DNA of 64,000 nt, from the NCBI RefSeq assembly GCF_001194135.2, contig NC_068998.1:32327361-32391360 (forward strand). The letters run 5' to 3'. Origin of the DNA: Octopus bimaculoides (taxonomy: Eukaryota). The notes below the pieces were generated by a model. That model worked only from the letters and a program-made list of their open reading frames with translations, had not been told where the DNA came from and made no database searches. This document shows, piece by piece, positions 1-14,460 of the stretch (its first letter is position 1; each line of letters starts with the position of its first letter). The position numbers were made by a program, and so were the translations under genes.

Positions 1-2579
1 ACCCTGATATGCTATGTATTAATTTATGGGAAATACTTTCTCCTATTTGCATTGTAAAGACAAACACAAATCTATGAATTTGCAAAGCACAATGCCATTG
101 TGTATAAGTTTCTGCAATAGTCTCTTTGTAATATAAGAGGTTCTTTTTCATTTATGTGTCTAAATCTACATATAATTGAATATACGCCTGTTGTTCTGTT
201 TATGCTTTCCCTGTATCTAAGAAACATGAAGAAATATTACATTATTTCTACTGAACTGTCTCTGAAAATGTCCTTCAACTATCGTACAATATAGTTTAGA
301 TACACATATATAATCCTCCAGCTATTGTATATCCAATTTCTACATTTCATTTTCAGCAGCTTCAGTCATTTTCTCTTCTAAAATATTGTGATAAGTGAAA
401 ATGGATTTTATTTCTTTCTTTTTTATAATTTCTCTTTTTCATTCTTTCCTGAAATTGTCACTGTCCATCTCATAACTCAGTTAAGGAAAACTAGCCAACT
501 TCTCTATCATTGCAGTTCTCTATTTACATATCTGTCAGAATATCTTACTTCATTAGTCATTCTCAAACTAGTTCTGTGTTTGCTAACTTATATAGATATT
601 CTCAGCAGCTTCATATCACTGATTCTTGAAATTTGTATTTATATTTACTTTATTCTCATTAGCACAAACTTTAAAAATATTATTCTCCAATTTTCATCAG
701 ATTTCTTTACTGGTGATATAAAAGCTAAGGGACATTTTAGTAATGTATCTTTATTAAATATGTATACGCTATATGAGCAAATTTTCAGTGTAGTCATTAA
801 CTTACCAAATAACATATTTCTTTCACAAGATTGAGTTTACTATTAATTGAAAAAATATGAACAAATTCTACAAAAGAAAAATGCACTTCACAAAAACTAC
901 AAATAATAAGCTGTTACTTCTGATGAAAAGAAAAATTGTAAAAATTATTCAAACATACTTAAAAGTGTGCTCATCTAAAATGCTTTTTTATTGCTCTTCT
1001 TTTCCTTGTTAAAAAGCTACTAACTGTTCACCATTTCCAGGATTTCAATTCAGATTGCCTTCAACATAATACTAATATTTTCTTTTCCATTTTCATTTCA
1101 TGTATATGAAACTTGTGCTTACAGTTAATCCTGAAGATAATTGAAATATTATTTTGCTGTGTGCTTCTTTTTCTATTACCAAATCACTTCAAAAAAATAT
1201 AAAATTGGGGTGAAATCCTATCTTTGTTTTGCAGGAATAATTTCTATTAAATTTCCATAACAAGCTCTTCTGTAATAATACTAATTCTGCTTACAAATTT
1301 CAGCAAGCTATAACTGATTCCATATGGTGTCAAAACATGTACTGCATTTCTGTTAGTAATCTGGAGTATCCAGTTGCATGTATATGACAGAAATGCAAGA
1401 AATGTTTTGATATGATAAGGAGTAAATGATAGTTGAATATGACAATACGTGTAGTTAGTGTGAACAGGAAATTCTTAACCACATCGTTATGCTTGAACCT
1501 ATGGATGTATATGTGTATACACACATGTTTGTATGCATATACATGCATTAATAGCCACACACACACACACACAAACACACACATTTAATGTACACAGATT
1601 TAAAAAAAGACTTACTGATAGTTTCATGCTGTAAAGATGCAATAATTGGGCAGACTTATATAACATGCCATATGTCTCCAAGCAATCTTTCAAGCTCAGT
1701 GCATACTGTTAGAGCTACTTGAAAATCAGAATGCTGGTCTATGAGAAAATGCAGGAAGAAAATGTGAAGAATATCGATGCAAAAAGTGAAATGAGAAGAA
1801 AGAAAAGAAAGAAAACCAAGATTTTCATCTCCTTCGTCTGTAAAAATCATAATTAAACTAACTGATATAGAATAGTATAAGGGAGAGAAGGTCAAAGTCT
1901 GTGAGATAGCCACTCAATCTGGTGATGGTAGTGCCATCCAGTTTAAGAAAAGAAATTTGTCCATGTACTTGCATTTGCTAAAAATTCCAGATCTGGAACT
2001 AGTGTGGTGAAATTTTGGGAATCATAAAAGAATGTGTGGTCTTTCAGCTACATATAACTTACATCTCTTTGATCCATTTGTATATGGAATAGATTTCTCC
2101 ATGATTCTTCACTTGACCAGCTGCACACCTTATTCTGGATTATCCGTAATCTCCTCCCACTACCTCCCATCAACCTGTGTAACATTAGTCATTTCAACCC
2201 TACACAATTTCTACAGTTGTCACCTACCATCCCTATTCCTTAACTTCCCTACTTTTCATCCCTGAATACTTGTTCATAATGATCACCTTCATATCCATTC
2301 TTCAACCAACTCTCACTCTCCCTTACACTTTTGTAGTCTCTAACCCCTCACATTTCCTGCTCACTTCTACTCACTTTGTATCTTAAGGGTCCACTCTGAT
2401 ACCTCATCACTAATATTTTTATCTCTCTTCAGTTCCACCCAATCACTTTTATCTTCTCTGTGATAATGTTAGAAGTTGTGTAGCTCTCTTACAGCTAGAA
2501 ACTTGTTCTGGCCTCTTCTCTTTCACATAATTCCCTCATCATTTAGCATAGAGTCACCTCCCTCTCTACTGTAGCCTGA

Positions 2580-2810
2580 CAGTTGAAGGGGATCTTAGTC
2601 CTGCTGGCTGCATGGCAGCCTCAGTAATGCTGGTGCCATGAAAAAAACACCCAATGCCCAATACCCAGGCGTTAGGAAAGATATCCAGGTATAGAAATCA
2701 TGTCAAAACAGACATTGAGGCACAATGTTTTCTTCAGAGCTGTTGGATCTTGTCAAAATTCCACCCCATTCCTGCATGGAATATAGACTTTAAATGATGA
2801 TGAGGATAGA
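2580..2810 (+). mobile_element. RTE-associated 3' tail fragment
   Basis: Resembles 44450-44640 (ggcgttaggaa...atccag...tagaaa) and ends with aaatgatgatgag. Confidence 0.5.
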
Positions 2811-3549
2811 GGATGCATGTAATTGGCAGAATCATTAGAGCATTGATATAAAGTGCTCTAATGATTCTGCTTTTCATTTCTCCTGGGTTGATAAAATAAA
2901 ATACCAGTCAAGTAATCAAATAACTCCTATAAAAATTGCTGGTCTTGTGCTTAATGTGAAACAGTAATATTGATGGATTTGCTCTTCATATTCCAATCAT
3001 CTGGAGATGGCTTTTGCTGTAATGATGAACATGCTTTTGTTAAACATCAAGAGGATGTAAAATTCATTTTGCCATACAAAGTGGCTGTTACAGATAAATT
3101 AGACATTTTAGCACTTTCAAAATGTGAATGATAAAGTCAATTTTGATTTCAGTTTGTAAATATGAGACATAAATCATTAATTACAAAAGAAACAGTGGAG
3201 AAATAGGAAAAGTCAAAGGGTTAAGTAAATTGTAAGGGTGATTCATAAGTTTGGTTGTCAAGAGAAATTTTGAACACTTTGACGTATTAGTAATGCAATG
3301 ACTGATGTAAGTAACAAAATAAGCAAATAGGCTGATAGATAGAGACAGGAAGTAGTTGATTAGTCTGTGGTAGCAGTGAAACAGGTATGTACAGGGTAAG
3401 TTGAGAAGAGAGAAAGAAAGAGGTGGTTGGGGTAGATAAGTGTTAGAAGGACCAACTAGAAATGTAGAGTGAGTTAACTAATATTTTCTGTGTTTGGACC
3501 TTTTCTATATAGATATAACACACTAAATTTATACACATGCATATATACA

Positions 3550-3608
<59 letters not shown>

Positions 3609-4471
3609 AACACACACGCACACACACATAGTATGAATACTGGTGCAGCAAACATGTTGTGGATTATTGATTTATTGCATGTGGAAAGTTCTGAGGACCA
3701 TATTTTCTTTATCTTGGCTGTACATTCCTTATTACAGGTTCCATCATGGGAAATATTTTCATCCATTTTTAACTATCTGTAAGCAATTCTTATCTGATAA
3801 TGGAGAAATAGTCAGGTCACTGATAGTACTGACAGTAAATGGGCTTTTAGTTCTTCAGTTTACAAACATGTAAGAACATTTATTCTGACCAAACTCCATC
3901 TGTATCTTTTTAGAATGTCATAACTAAGCAAAGGTTTCTCTTCAGACCTTTAATATTGTTTACAAAGTTTTCCATTTTCAAGAGATCTACAAAAAAGCTA
4001 TGAATGTGGTTGGTGTTTCTGTCTTCCTTTGGTCCAGTCATACATCTTTCATTTCTATGACAAAAAAGACATGCAGCTTACAGAAAATATAAACAACATC
4101 GTAAAGAGAATGTGTGTGTGCGTGTAAGCATGTATGTACATACATATGTATATACATATGTTTGTATGTATGTGCATGTATATGAATATATGTAGATATT
4201 TGTGTAAAATATACAGAAACTAACATATGTATATGTGAGCCTTCTTTTATATGTTTCACTCATTTGATTGCAGCAGTGTTGGGGCACTGCTTTGATGGGT
4301 TTAGTTAAAACAAATAATCTCTAATACTTAGTTTTAAGCCTGATGCTAATTCTATAGGTCACTTTATGTCAAACCACTAAATTATGGGGATGTAAACAAG
4401 CCAAAACCGATTGTCAAGTAGTTGTTGGGGACAAACACAAAGATACACACACACATACACACACACACACG

Positions 4472-4507
<36 letters not shown>

Positions 4508-4769
4508 ATGAGTTTCTTTCAGTTTATCTCTAACAAATCCACTCACAAGACTTTGTTTGACCCAGCCAAAGCTATAGTAGAAGACACTTGCCCATTGTGC
4601 CACACAATAGGACTGAACTTGAAGCATGCTTCTAGCCACATAGCAAAACTTGTGCCCATGGCTCTGCCTGCATTAATCTTTTGTGTTTTCCTCCCTTTCC
4701 TCATGCATTCACATATATTTCTCAGGCTTTCATTCTCCTCTCAATATTGGTTTCAAAATTTGGCAGAAG

Positions 4770-4955
4770 GCCAACAATTTGTGGGGAAGGAGTAAGTCGA
4801 TTACATCGATCCCAGTGCTCAATTGGTACTTATTTTATCAACCCTGAAAGGAGAAAAGGCAGACTTGACCCTGGTGGCAGAATGTAAAGACAGATGAAAT
4901 GCCACTGAGCATTTTGTCTGGTGTGCTAAAGATTCTGTCAGCTTACCACCTTATT
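4770..4955 (+). mobile_element. Abundant SINE-like repeat (second family)
   Basis: Core atcgatcccagtgctcaattggtacttattttatcaaccctgaaagg...gacttgacc. It recurs at ~29145-29340, 29370-29620, 31290-31475 and 47360-47500 (-), and at ~56875-56985 and 57165-57370 (+). Confidence 0.7.
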
Positions 4956-6013
4956 TCTCCTCTCAATGGACCGTTATGCTCCACTACTTGATGCCAATCT
5001 CAATACACTCCCTCCTATCTAATAATTGGCTCAAAGACATTACAGTCTACTCCTCTACTTTGTTGCTGCTTCGGTTTCCTGAAAATTCTTCACTTACTAG
5101 ACCCTAACCTGATTTCTATAAAAACAGATTTTGATGCACCGTTAAGTCTCATTTTCAGATGTCGTCTTCTCAGTTGTTATACCACTTCACCAATTCACAT
5201 ATTAGTTCACTGAACTATCAATTTAATTCATTTACATTTTCTCTGTTCATAAAAACAGCCTGAATAGTTTTAATCCTATGTTGAAATTTCATCAGCAGCC
5301 AAGTATTCACAGAGGTATGCCTATAAATTCATGATTGCTAAAGAATTAAGTAACTCAAATAGACTGATTTGCTTAAACAGTATTCTGGTTCAGTGCTTTG
5401 CTATATACTACAGAATATAGCTACAGATTTATATCTTTGTATGTATAAGTTGATGTAGATACTTTGCCTTTTTTATACACAATATCTTTGCAGTTAGAAA
5501 AAGAGGGGTAAGTCCAACTAATTTCAATCCTGTTTTGGGATTTTATCAGCATCTGAGTACCCTTCATAACTAACAGTATTATTAAAAGCTTAACAATTGG
5601 AAACTAATTCAGTTGATCCATCTTTTTCAGTCCAGGAAAATATTATAGATACAGACATCTGTTTACATATAAGTGTTGGTTAAAATCGTTAGATATTTCC
5701 TGTAGTAGACTTTAGCATACACGCGCACACACACACACACACACGCCTGCATGTGCATGCGCACAAAATAGCTATTTCTTTTAGACAAGACAAGGACATT
5801 TAATTTTTGTGTGAGTTATATGTATTTGGAAACAATATTTCAAAATATATTAATAAGCTACAGTAATCAAGTGTAATCATTATATAGCTTAATTGGCTTT
5901 TCATTGGATAATGGTTATAACATTTTATCTAAATTAGCTTTAGCTTTCAGCCAAAATAAATTAAATTTATTCAATAGAGAAGAAAGCAAGCTGTCTTTCC
6001 TTGTTGTTCTTGT

Positions 6014-6045
6014 TGATGATGATTATGATGATGATGACCAACATC

Positions 6046-6077
<32 letters not shown>

Positions 6078-6131
6078 CATCATCAACAACAACAACAACA
6101 TCAACATCATCATCCTCAACAACATCATCAT
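6014..6131. repeat. Compound (GAT)/(CAT)/(CAA) trinucleotide microsatellite
   Basis: Direct reading. Source of the poly-His/Gln ORF artefact. Confidence 0.95.
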
Positions 6132-7189
6132 GTTGCTAGTAGTGTTGGTGGTGGGGTGGTTGCAGAGGTTAGTATCATTTTGACATTTTTGTCTATTTCA
6201 ACAACTTTTGGGGATTTACTGCTAGAAGGAAAAAATGCACTTCTTTCTGTGCTGAAGAAATTATTTTGCTTCAAACATCAAACCAGACAAATTGTTTGAT
6301 GGGAACATTTCATGTAAATATAAGCTAGGTGGGGCATAACCAAACAAAAAATGAAAAAAAAACAAGAGAAAAAGGGAAATGAAAAAAGAAATTGTATTTA
6401 ATGTCTTTGAGGAAAAGACTGCTGTCCTTTGTAAAGACAGGAAGAACAAGGGAAAAAAACAATGGAAAGAATAAAATTATGGTTGTTCAGAGGTTTGCCA
6501 TATTGGAATAGTGAGCAGAAGGTCAAAAGTGAAGAAGTTACTTGGGCAAAGAAGAGAGATAAGAAAACGAAGTAAGCAAGTCAAATGGTAAAGGATAGTG
6601 TGTGGAATAAAGAGGTCTGTATGCCTTGGAGAGTGATGGTGCAGGTAAGCTTCTGTAAGGTGGTGGGAATAAAATAAATGAAAGAAATTATGTTAAAGTA
6701 TGTGTGGGAGATAGAAAAGAGAGTTAAGTATGAACAATGTTGTAGCACGTGTATCGGTTGAGTAAGGCATGATGTTAGTGGATAATATGTGAAAGGTGTG
6801 GGCTAGGGTATAGGTATGTGGAAGATGAGTAGTACAGTGGATGTGAGTGTATATGAGTAATAAAGATAAGTGGTATGGAACAGTGGTGGGGAAATATAGT
6901 CTGTGTGGTTATCAGGTGTGTATATGCTTGCTTAAAAGGAAAGCAAATATTTTCTTAAGAGAAGCAGGAAAAAGCTGTGTAAGTAGAAAATATTAACAAT
7001 GTAGCTAAAAAAAGAAGGTATCATGGAGTTGTGTAATCCTACAAATGGTGAGACGCAGGTAGGAATATCCTAGAGAATTGATGTGATATTCCACAGTGGT
7101 CTGGTGTTGTTGCATTGGATCTCCCAGAGCTTCATTGAAATGACCAGCAAAAAAAAAAAAATGATAATCTGATAACGAACCATGCAATG

Positions 7190-7600
7190 AATTGTATCTT
7201 GTGAGATGTGATTGAAGTCGTTCATAACATGGATCATTTTCTTCATGCATCTGCAACAAATAGCAGATGGAAATCTGTTGGGTGAGGTTAGCCTTATTCA
7301 ACTCATGTGGAACCCAAACATCAAGCATGTTAATGTAACCAAGTTGATGCAAATGATTTTCAAGTCAGTTTGGATATTTGAAGAATATCTGTGATTATTG
7401 TGATTGTATAACAGGAGCTGGTATTGACTCACTCCTTTTTTTGCTATTAATCTCAGTTGAGCAACCAGAGCAAGGTGCCTCTTGAACTGTAAAATTCCCT
7501 GATTGAAATCTTGAAAACTATTTCTGGCATAACATGTCCCATAACAGCATCCACTCTGTACAGAGTACATATTTACAGGCTTCTATCACTTTGCCTTTCT
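7190..7600 (-). mobile_element. Mariner transposase N-terminal fragment (decayed)
   Basis: Translation includes LDVWVPHELNKANLTQQISIC, containing the mariner WVPHEL motif. Confidence 0.75.
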
Positions 7601-7972
7601 TAAAATAACAAAAGCATGATGTGATAATAATGTCTGCTTTGGCTCTCCATTTTTAGGGTGATCCCAAGTACACAAAAATACAACCTGTCCCTCTGTAAGT
7701 TCATGTTGAACTATGTTGAAGAATCAAGGATCTAATGAGTGTTGGTGCTAGGGACATATTGAAGTTAGCTACTTAGTAGAGGGCTTGAAGTTTAGTGTCA
7801 ACAAAAACTAAACAGACATTTTGGCCAACCTGATATATCTATCTGTCTGTCTGTATGTATGTATGCATGTCTGTTTGTATGTATGTATCTGTGAGTGTGT
7901 GTAAGTTTTTGTTTTCATGTCTTGACATTACAGGATTGTTGTAAATGAGTGTCATTTTCATACAGACAGTAT

Positions 7973-9000
7973 GCGAGGTGGTATCAAGAAGTTCCCAGGC
8001 TAGTTATGTTTAATAAAAAAAAAACTTATTTACCTAAATTTTAACATCATCTCCTTAGAAATAGTTACTTTGTGCAGCAATAAACTGGTTCCGGTGTACC
8101 TGCCACTTTTGGAATCTCACCTGGAAATCGTCTTCCATAAGTGAGTCAAGGACCTTTGAGCTGCATTTTCATTTTGAGGAAGAGATGGAAGTCTGCAGAT
8201 GCTAAATCTGGTGAGTAGGGTGGGTGAAGAAGTGATACCATGTTGTTTTTGGTGAGAAACTCATGAGTGAGGAGAGCATGGTGATGGTGTATTGCCGTGA
8301 AGAATTCAATGCTTCATGCTCTGCAGTTCCAGTTGCTTTCACTGAATGTCCTCTCACAAATGCTTCAAAACGTTGCAGTTGAACTCTCGATTGATGATCT
8401 GGCCTTAGGGAACAAATTCTCGATACACAATACTGCAGATGTCAAAAAGAAATGATGAGCATGCTTTTGATTGAGCTGTGGCTCTATTGTGCCTCCTTCA
8501 GTCATGGAGATGAAGGTCTTTTCCATTGTGAGAACTGCCAATTCATCTCAGGGTCGTATCTGTAGACCCAACTCCCATCACCAGTGATGATCCTTAACAT
8601 GAAAGATGGGTCATCACTGCCATACTGACAGAGATCTTGACAAAATTCATTGCAGTGTTCTTTCTGCTCAGTGGTCAGCAGGCAGGGTTCAAACTTGGCA
8701 GAGACATGTCACATGTTCAAATCAGACGTTAGGATTGCCTAATGGACTCATACGACACACCCATATGACAGACCAACAACAGCAATGTTATTGACTGTCC
8801 TCTGATGATCTTCATGCACATGCTGATGAATTTTCACCACATCTCCAGTGGTGCTGCTCATGGCAGGTCATCCAGATCACACATTGTCTTCCAAGGATGC
8901 TCTTCTGCTTTTGAAGTGCCTGTGCCACTCGAAACATTGCGTACAACACATTGCCTCATCACCATAAGCTTGCTTGCTGAATCATGCTCAATGTCTTCAC
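7973..9000 (-). mobile_element. Mariner element, decayed, one TIR retained
   Basis: TIR cgaggtggtatcaagaagttcccaggctagtt at ~7974. Broken frames give IITGDGSWVYRYDPE and SIKSMLII-FFD-like motifs. The sequence matches the 57.4-kb element. Confidence 0.85.
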
Positions 9001-10214
9001 TTTTAAATATTCATCTGCCTAACATTTACACTACTTCAGTTAAGCAATACAAAGCAATATATTACTAATTGTTGGCACTGAAAATCTAAAAATACATGAA
9101 CAATGCTAAAATTTGCTTTTTATGTATATTGTCTTTATACATATGTTTGCATCACTCTTCTTATGACTGAATCTATGTTGTTTGTAATATCAGTTAATTG
9201 ACCATTAAATAAGGCTAGTCATTCCATCTCCAAATTTAAACCTTGCACTTCACATACGAAGTAGGTGGAAGTCTTATTAGGATCAAGAGGAATTTCTGTT
9301 TCTTCATGGATATTTTCAAATATAAGAAAAAATAAAAGAACAAATCTTTGACAGAAAAGTTTTTTAATATTTTCTATGGTTAGGTGCTCTTTCAGCTTCT
9401 TTTACTGATTTAATTTGGTGGATTGTCACCATTGTAGACACTATTTTCAAGGGTTTAGTTGATCATGTATGTTCAATTTTGTATAGTTCAATTTTGTCTG
9501 AGTGGCAAAAAGCAAAGCTGACTTCAATGTAATGTAAAGGTATTGTTTTACAAAATGCTGATTATGCTATCCCCAGCCAATATAAATGAATGCATATTTG
9601 ATTGGCTTCTACATAGTTTTCTCCAGCTGAATTCAATTCATAAGATTTTCATCTACTTAAGATTAGATGTGCAATGAGATTGAAATTGAAATTACATGAT
9701 TGTAATGTAGAAACATAAAATATATAGCTATGCCCTATTTTAATCATATGATCCACAAGAATGACTATGGCTGGGATTTGTGATATGATTAATAGTTGTA
9801 GGTCGATTTCTACAGGAAGAAGAATGATTTTCTGGGAAGGCATTATTGTGCATAGTGGTTAGTGTGGGGCCTAGTGGGTGGACACAATACCAACGACAAG
9901 AAAAGGATAGATGTAAAAGTAGGCTAGGCCTTATTTTTGTTGGGTATGGTGCCTAGTGTAAAGCCTTGATGAAAAAATTGGGTATTTGTACATGTGGGCT
10001 CCATTCCCACATGTGCTATACCCATTTTTTTTTTGTTATCAAGGGTTTATATGCCCCAATATTAGACTGTTTTCTTTAAACAATATTTGGTGAACATTTA
10101 TAAGCTTAAGCTTATAATTATTATTTACAGTATGTGCATGTGTATTTGTGTATGAGTGTGTGTGCATTTTTGCATGTGTGTGTGGGTGGGGTGTTGGGGG
10201 GGTGCGTGTAACCC

Positions 10215-10560
10215 ATGAATGTAGGTATACCTGTGGGGTTAAGAAGTTTGCTTTCCAACGATATAGTTCTGGGTTCAGTCACACTGATTGTTACTTTGAG
10301 CAAGTGTCTTCTTGCATGGCTTTGGGCGACCAAAGCTTTGCGAGTGGGTATATTCCGTGGAGCTTTAAAAAAGCATATTATCTATCTTCAGTGAAAATCA
10401 TGTCGAACCATGGGAAAATATTACCTTGTTTAAAAATAGATGGTTTGCAGCTGAAAGAGCACCTAACCATAGACAATCGACCTAAACAAATTCCTACTCA
10501 TGTAATCATGGAAAAGTGAATGTTAAAACGATGAAGGTGGTGATGAAGTTGGTCAGGAAG
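10215..10560 (+). mobile_element. SINE with tRNA-derived head (same family as 14 kb)
   Basis: gttaagaagtttgctttccaac...gggttcag...gagcaagtgtcttct. Related copies at ~4382-4660 (-), ~50320-50480 (+) and ~52340-52505 (-). Confidence 0.65.
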
Positions 10561-10634
10561 ATAATGAAACCTATAGTTAAATATATTTGTATGCATACAT
10601 ATACATATGTATAAAACACATGCATGCATAAATG

Positions 10635-10717
<83 letters not shown>

Positions 10718-11142
10718 TTATTTATATAACTTAGTAGAACTATAGAGACAGGATACATTACATACTAATTTTCATTTTGACACATATCAGTTTTCTTATA
10801 TTCTTGCAGACTGTTTATCCCCTGAAATATATATATATATATATATATTCTAATGAAATTGCCACTTTAGCAGAAAGATATCTAGATGGGTTCAGACTTG
10901 CAGCCTTATGCCTAATGGTGTGATTTTTCACATTGCATAGGTCCCATTCTAAATATCTATGCACAAATAGGTATTTCTGGTTGAAATATATTTAGAATTC
11001 AAAACAACTAATGGCTACTTTTGTCTTAACATGCTAATATCCATTTATGCTAATCATGGTTCACATGTATCTGTTCTTTGTTAAACAATAGAAGGAATGT
11101 TTTCTAGGTGAAGTAGCATTCTCTTTTGTGTTTTTTTTTTTT

Positions 11143-11143
<1 letters not shown>

Positions 11144-11180
<37 letters not shown>

Positions 11181-11221
11181 ATAGTAGTAGTAGTAGTAGT
11201 AATAGTAGTAGTAGTAGTAGT
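11144..11221. repeat. (TAG)n microsatellite
   Basis: Direct reading. Another (TAG)n lies at 12957-13019. Confidence 0.95.
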
Positions 11222-12955
11222 TTATTCAATTTTACTATGCATTTCCTTCTCATTATTGGCCAATTTTATTCTTCCAGACATTGTTCTGTGAAGAATTGAT
11301 GTAGAATTAATGATAATATTTCATGTTCACTGCATCTTATAAACACTCTAAGCAATGCTAAACAGCAATATGACTGTTTATAACAGCAACAACAACAACA
11401 ATAATGATGATAACAACAACAACAACAAAAATAATGATAATAATAATAACACCAACAACAAGAAATAAGATTATATTTCCCTTTTATTTTACATAAATGA
11501 TTTCTTACTCAACTTATTGATATATTCAAAATTGCATAATGCATAAATCACTCACACATATGTATATATGTATGAATGCATATACACCCATCAACACCTA
11601 CAGATATAGACACACATTCCCACATACTCCCCACTACCATCATTGACACACACAAAGTTTTATTATAAAATATCAAGTGACTGCTAAATGATTAGATTCT
11701 AATTCAACATGATGTAGAATTTAGATTCATTCTTGTTTCTTTAGATTAAGGTTTTGCAGAAGCAGTTTTGCATAGTTACTATTTTTAATTTGATTATTGT
11801 TTCAAAACTTTTCTCTAAAACTGTGAAATACAATCCTTATTAACTAATATATGAAATCCTTATAAACATATATATAAGATTTGCTTTGCATTAATTTACA
11901 GAAATACACAACCATTTTGCATCATAATTCTCTTCCTTACAGCAAATTCTTAAGAGCCTCTTCTTTGCCTTCATTTTAAAATGGCTACAATTTAAACTGC
12001 TGACCAAATATTTCTATTATTTTAACTTTACTGCAAGAAGTTTGTCAATTGATTTTACTTATATATAATTATATTTTCATTGGTTTTAAGTTAATATCAT
12101 TTTTTGATGAATTGTTAAACATTCAAACAAATTTGGCAGTTTACTATATTGCTGAAATTGCATCTCACTGTGTCGCTCATATATGGAGCAAACACTTCAG
12201 TGCTGAAGATGCTGCTATATTCCATCTCTGAATGTGGAAGTTGGTGCCTTATGAGGCAGTGAAGCATTGATGGGTGGCTCAGTGAGCTGCCTCAAGCCAC
12301 CCACCCATGTAGGTGACAAAATTCCTGCACAGCAACACAAACTTTGTTGAATCAGATGTTGTGACTTGGAGTAAGATGTTTCTACCACTCTCCATGCTTG
12401 CTTCATCACTCATTCATTCCCTTGAGCTAGATGTAATGGCTTGCTTTCTCACTGGCTTCTGATAATTTTCTGGCAACATTTTCTCTCTCCTCATAGTTAG
12501 TCCAAGGCTCCTGAGCAATAAGTGACCTTGATTCCAACAAATCTTCTCACACCTATCTCTACAGAAAGACATATTGCCCCCCGCTCCACTGATTTCACAA
12601 AGTTCAACCAATGCACTTAATAATTTCTATCTTTCCTATGTTTCATTATAACATTATTTCTTTTATTGATTTCATTTGGAAGATGTTGGGTATGCAAGAC
12701 TTCCGTGAGCCTCTGAGGCTGGTAATATCAATGGTTAACATTCCTCTTGAACAACTGTATGGCAGTGGATGCTGAAAAAAAAAACATATACAAGGAAGGA
12801 ATACTAGAAGATTAAAATTCTGGGAAAGAAGGAATGACTGGGTATAATGGTTAGTGCGGGCCTTTAAGGGTGGTGTGATTAAGAAAATGAACAAGTCCAG
12901 GTTGTCTGATTGGAAGTGGCATATGGCCCAGCCAGCTCTGAGAGCTGAACCCCCT

Positions 12956-13018
<63 letters not shown>

Positions 13019-14009
13019 ATAGAATGGTTGAGTGGAAGAGTAAGATAGAATATTTGAGGGCCAGTAGTTAAAGTGTGTTGTTAGCAACTTCGTGTCAGCT
13101 TTTTTTTATGTAGGATAACTTATTTGGATGTATTTTTATCAACTACTGTCAAAATAATTTGTTTATAAATGGATTAAGTTTCCAAATTTAAATTCTCACT
13201 TCAGGAGGATGATAAAATAAGTACCAGTCATATACTGAGATCAATTCAATAGACTATACTTCTCATTTATTTGGTCTTCTGCTAAAATTAATTATTGTAG
13301 TATTTTGTCAAGAATCAACACTTTCTAAGTGACAGTATTTGACATCAAGGTCATGGCAATCTTTCTAATATAATTTTGTGAAAGCAATGTCATTAAATAT
13401 TAATGATTTATTTCTATCCCTCATTTCCATTCTGAAATGTAATTTTGTCATTGGAGATTTCTTGTTATGTACAAATAAAGAATAGACATTCATGGCAAGA
13501 TAAAATCTACATGGAACTATTCTTAATGATTTATAAAAATTGTTTAAAATATTTTATTCACTCACATACCTGTAACTACTTTTTCTTTAAAATATCTTAA
13601 TCATATAGGTCTTTGAATGTTTAAGACAAACTTGTATAGTTGTAATAGTTTGATATCTACTACACAAGTATACAATAGATGTAATGATGGAATCCACAAT
13701 CTGTAGCACCCGTGATATTCTAACATTTAAAGTATAATATCATAATAATTTGCACTTGCTCTGCTATTCTTTATTCAGGACTAAATACAATAAAACATAT
13801 TTTGTGAGCTTTGAAGTACAATACATAAGTGTTTTCTTATTTATTTCTTAAGGATATTTAAAAATTTAATGATTCTAATTATAGTTAGTTATAAAAGAAA
13901 TTATGAAAAGGAAAATTAAATTAAAGTTTTCTAATTAATCATGGCAATAAAATTCATACCAATATGGGTCTTAAATGATAAACAACAAATGGGATGCAGC
14001 ATGACTGAA

Positions 14010-14460
14010 TGGTTAAGATATTCTCTTCATTGTTTTAAGGTCCTGGGTTCAATCCCACTGCATAGCATCAGACACAAAGGTAAAACCATAGACTCTGATT
14101 GATCCAATCCTTGTGAACAAAAATAGGTAGACAGAAGCTGTGGAAACCCATTGGATGGACTCTGCCTGAATATAGGTGTGTGTGTACATGTGTAGGTAGG
14201 TGGGTGTGTTTGTGGCCCTGTATCTTTATGTCATTTGATAGTTGTTAGTGAGTGTCACCATCCTATCAGTAGTGTTTGTTTCTAATCTTTCATGAAAACA
14301 CATTCAGTTATTGGAAAATATTGCCTTGATTGGAAATAAGTTTGAAGTGGGGACAGGAATGGCATTCAGCTGTTGAAAATCTCAATGAATTCCATTTGCT
14401 TCCACAATGTGTGGAAAAGTGGATGTTAAAATGTTGATATTAAAATTGATGATGATGCTT
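14010..14460 (+). mobile_element. SINE with tRNA-derived head
   Basis: A-box-like TGACTGAATGG and B-box GGTTCAATCCC, followed by the body shared with other copies and a gatgatgat tail. Confidence 0.65.

Noticed and set aside
388-834. 148-aa hydrophobic ORF
   Set aside because: AT-rich composition (F/L/I/S/Y) typical of chance or antisense frames, with no recognisable motif.
2000-2580. Strand-asymmetric purine/pyrimidine-rich stretches (also ~6400-6950, 40960-41860 and 60950-61140)
   Set aside because: Probably very old LINE or low-complexity relics. No diagnostic motif was recoverable.
5904-6299. ORF with poly-Asp/His/Gln tract
   Set aside because: The tract is a compound trinucleotide microsatellite that is open in several frames. 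The flanks lack convincing splice sites or recognisable domains.
12150-12956. Possible decayed retroelement ending at (TAG)n
   Set aside because: Too degraded to assign family or strand with confidence.
14012-14085. tRNA-like sequence with A and B boxes
   Set aside because: No complete cloverleaf. It continues into a SINE body shared by other copies, so it is a SINE head rather than a tRNA gene.
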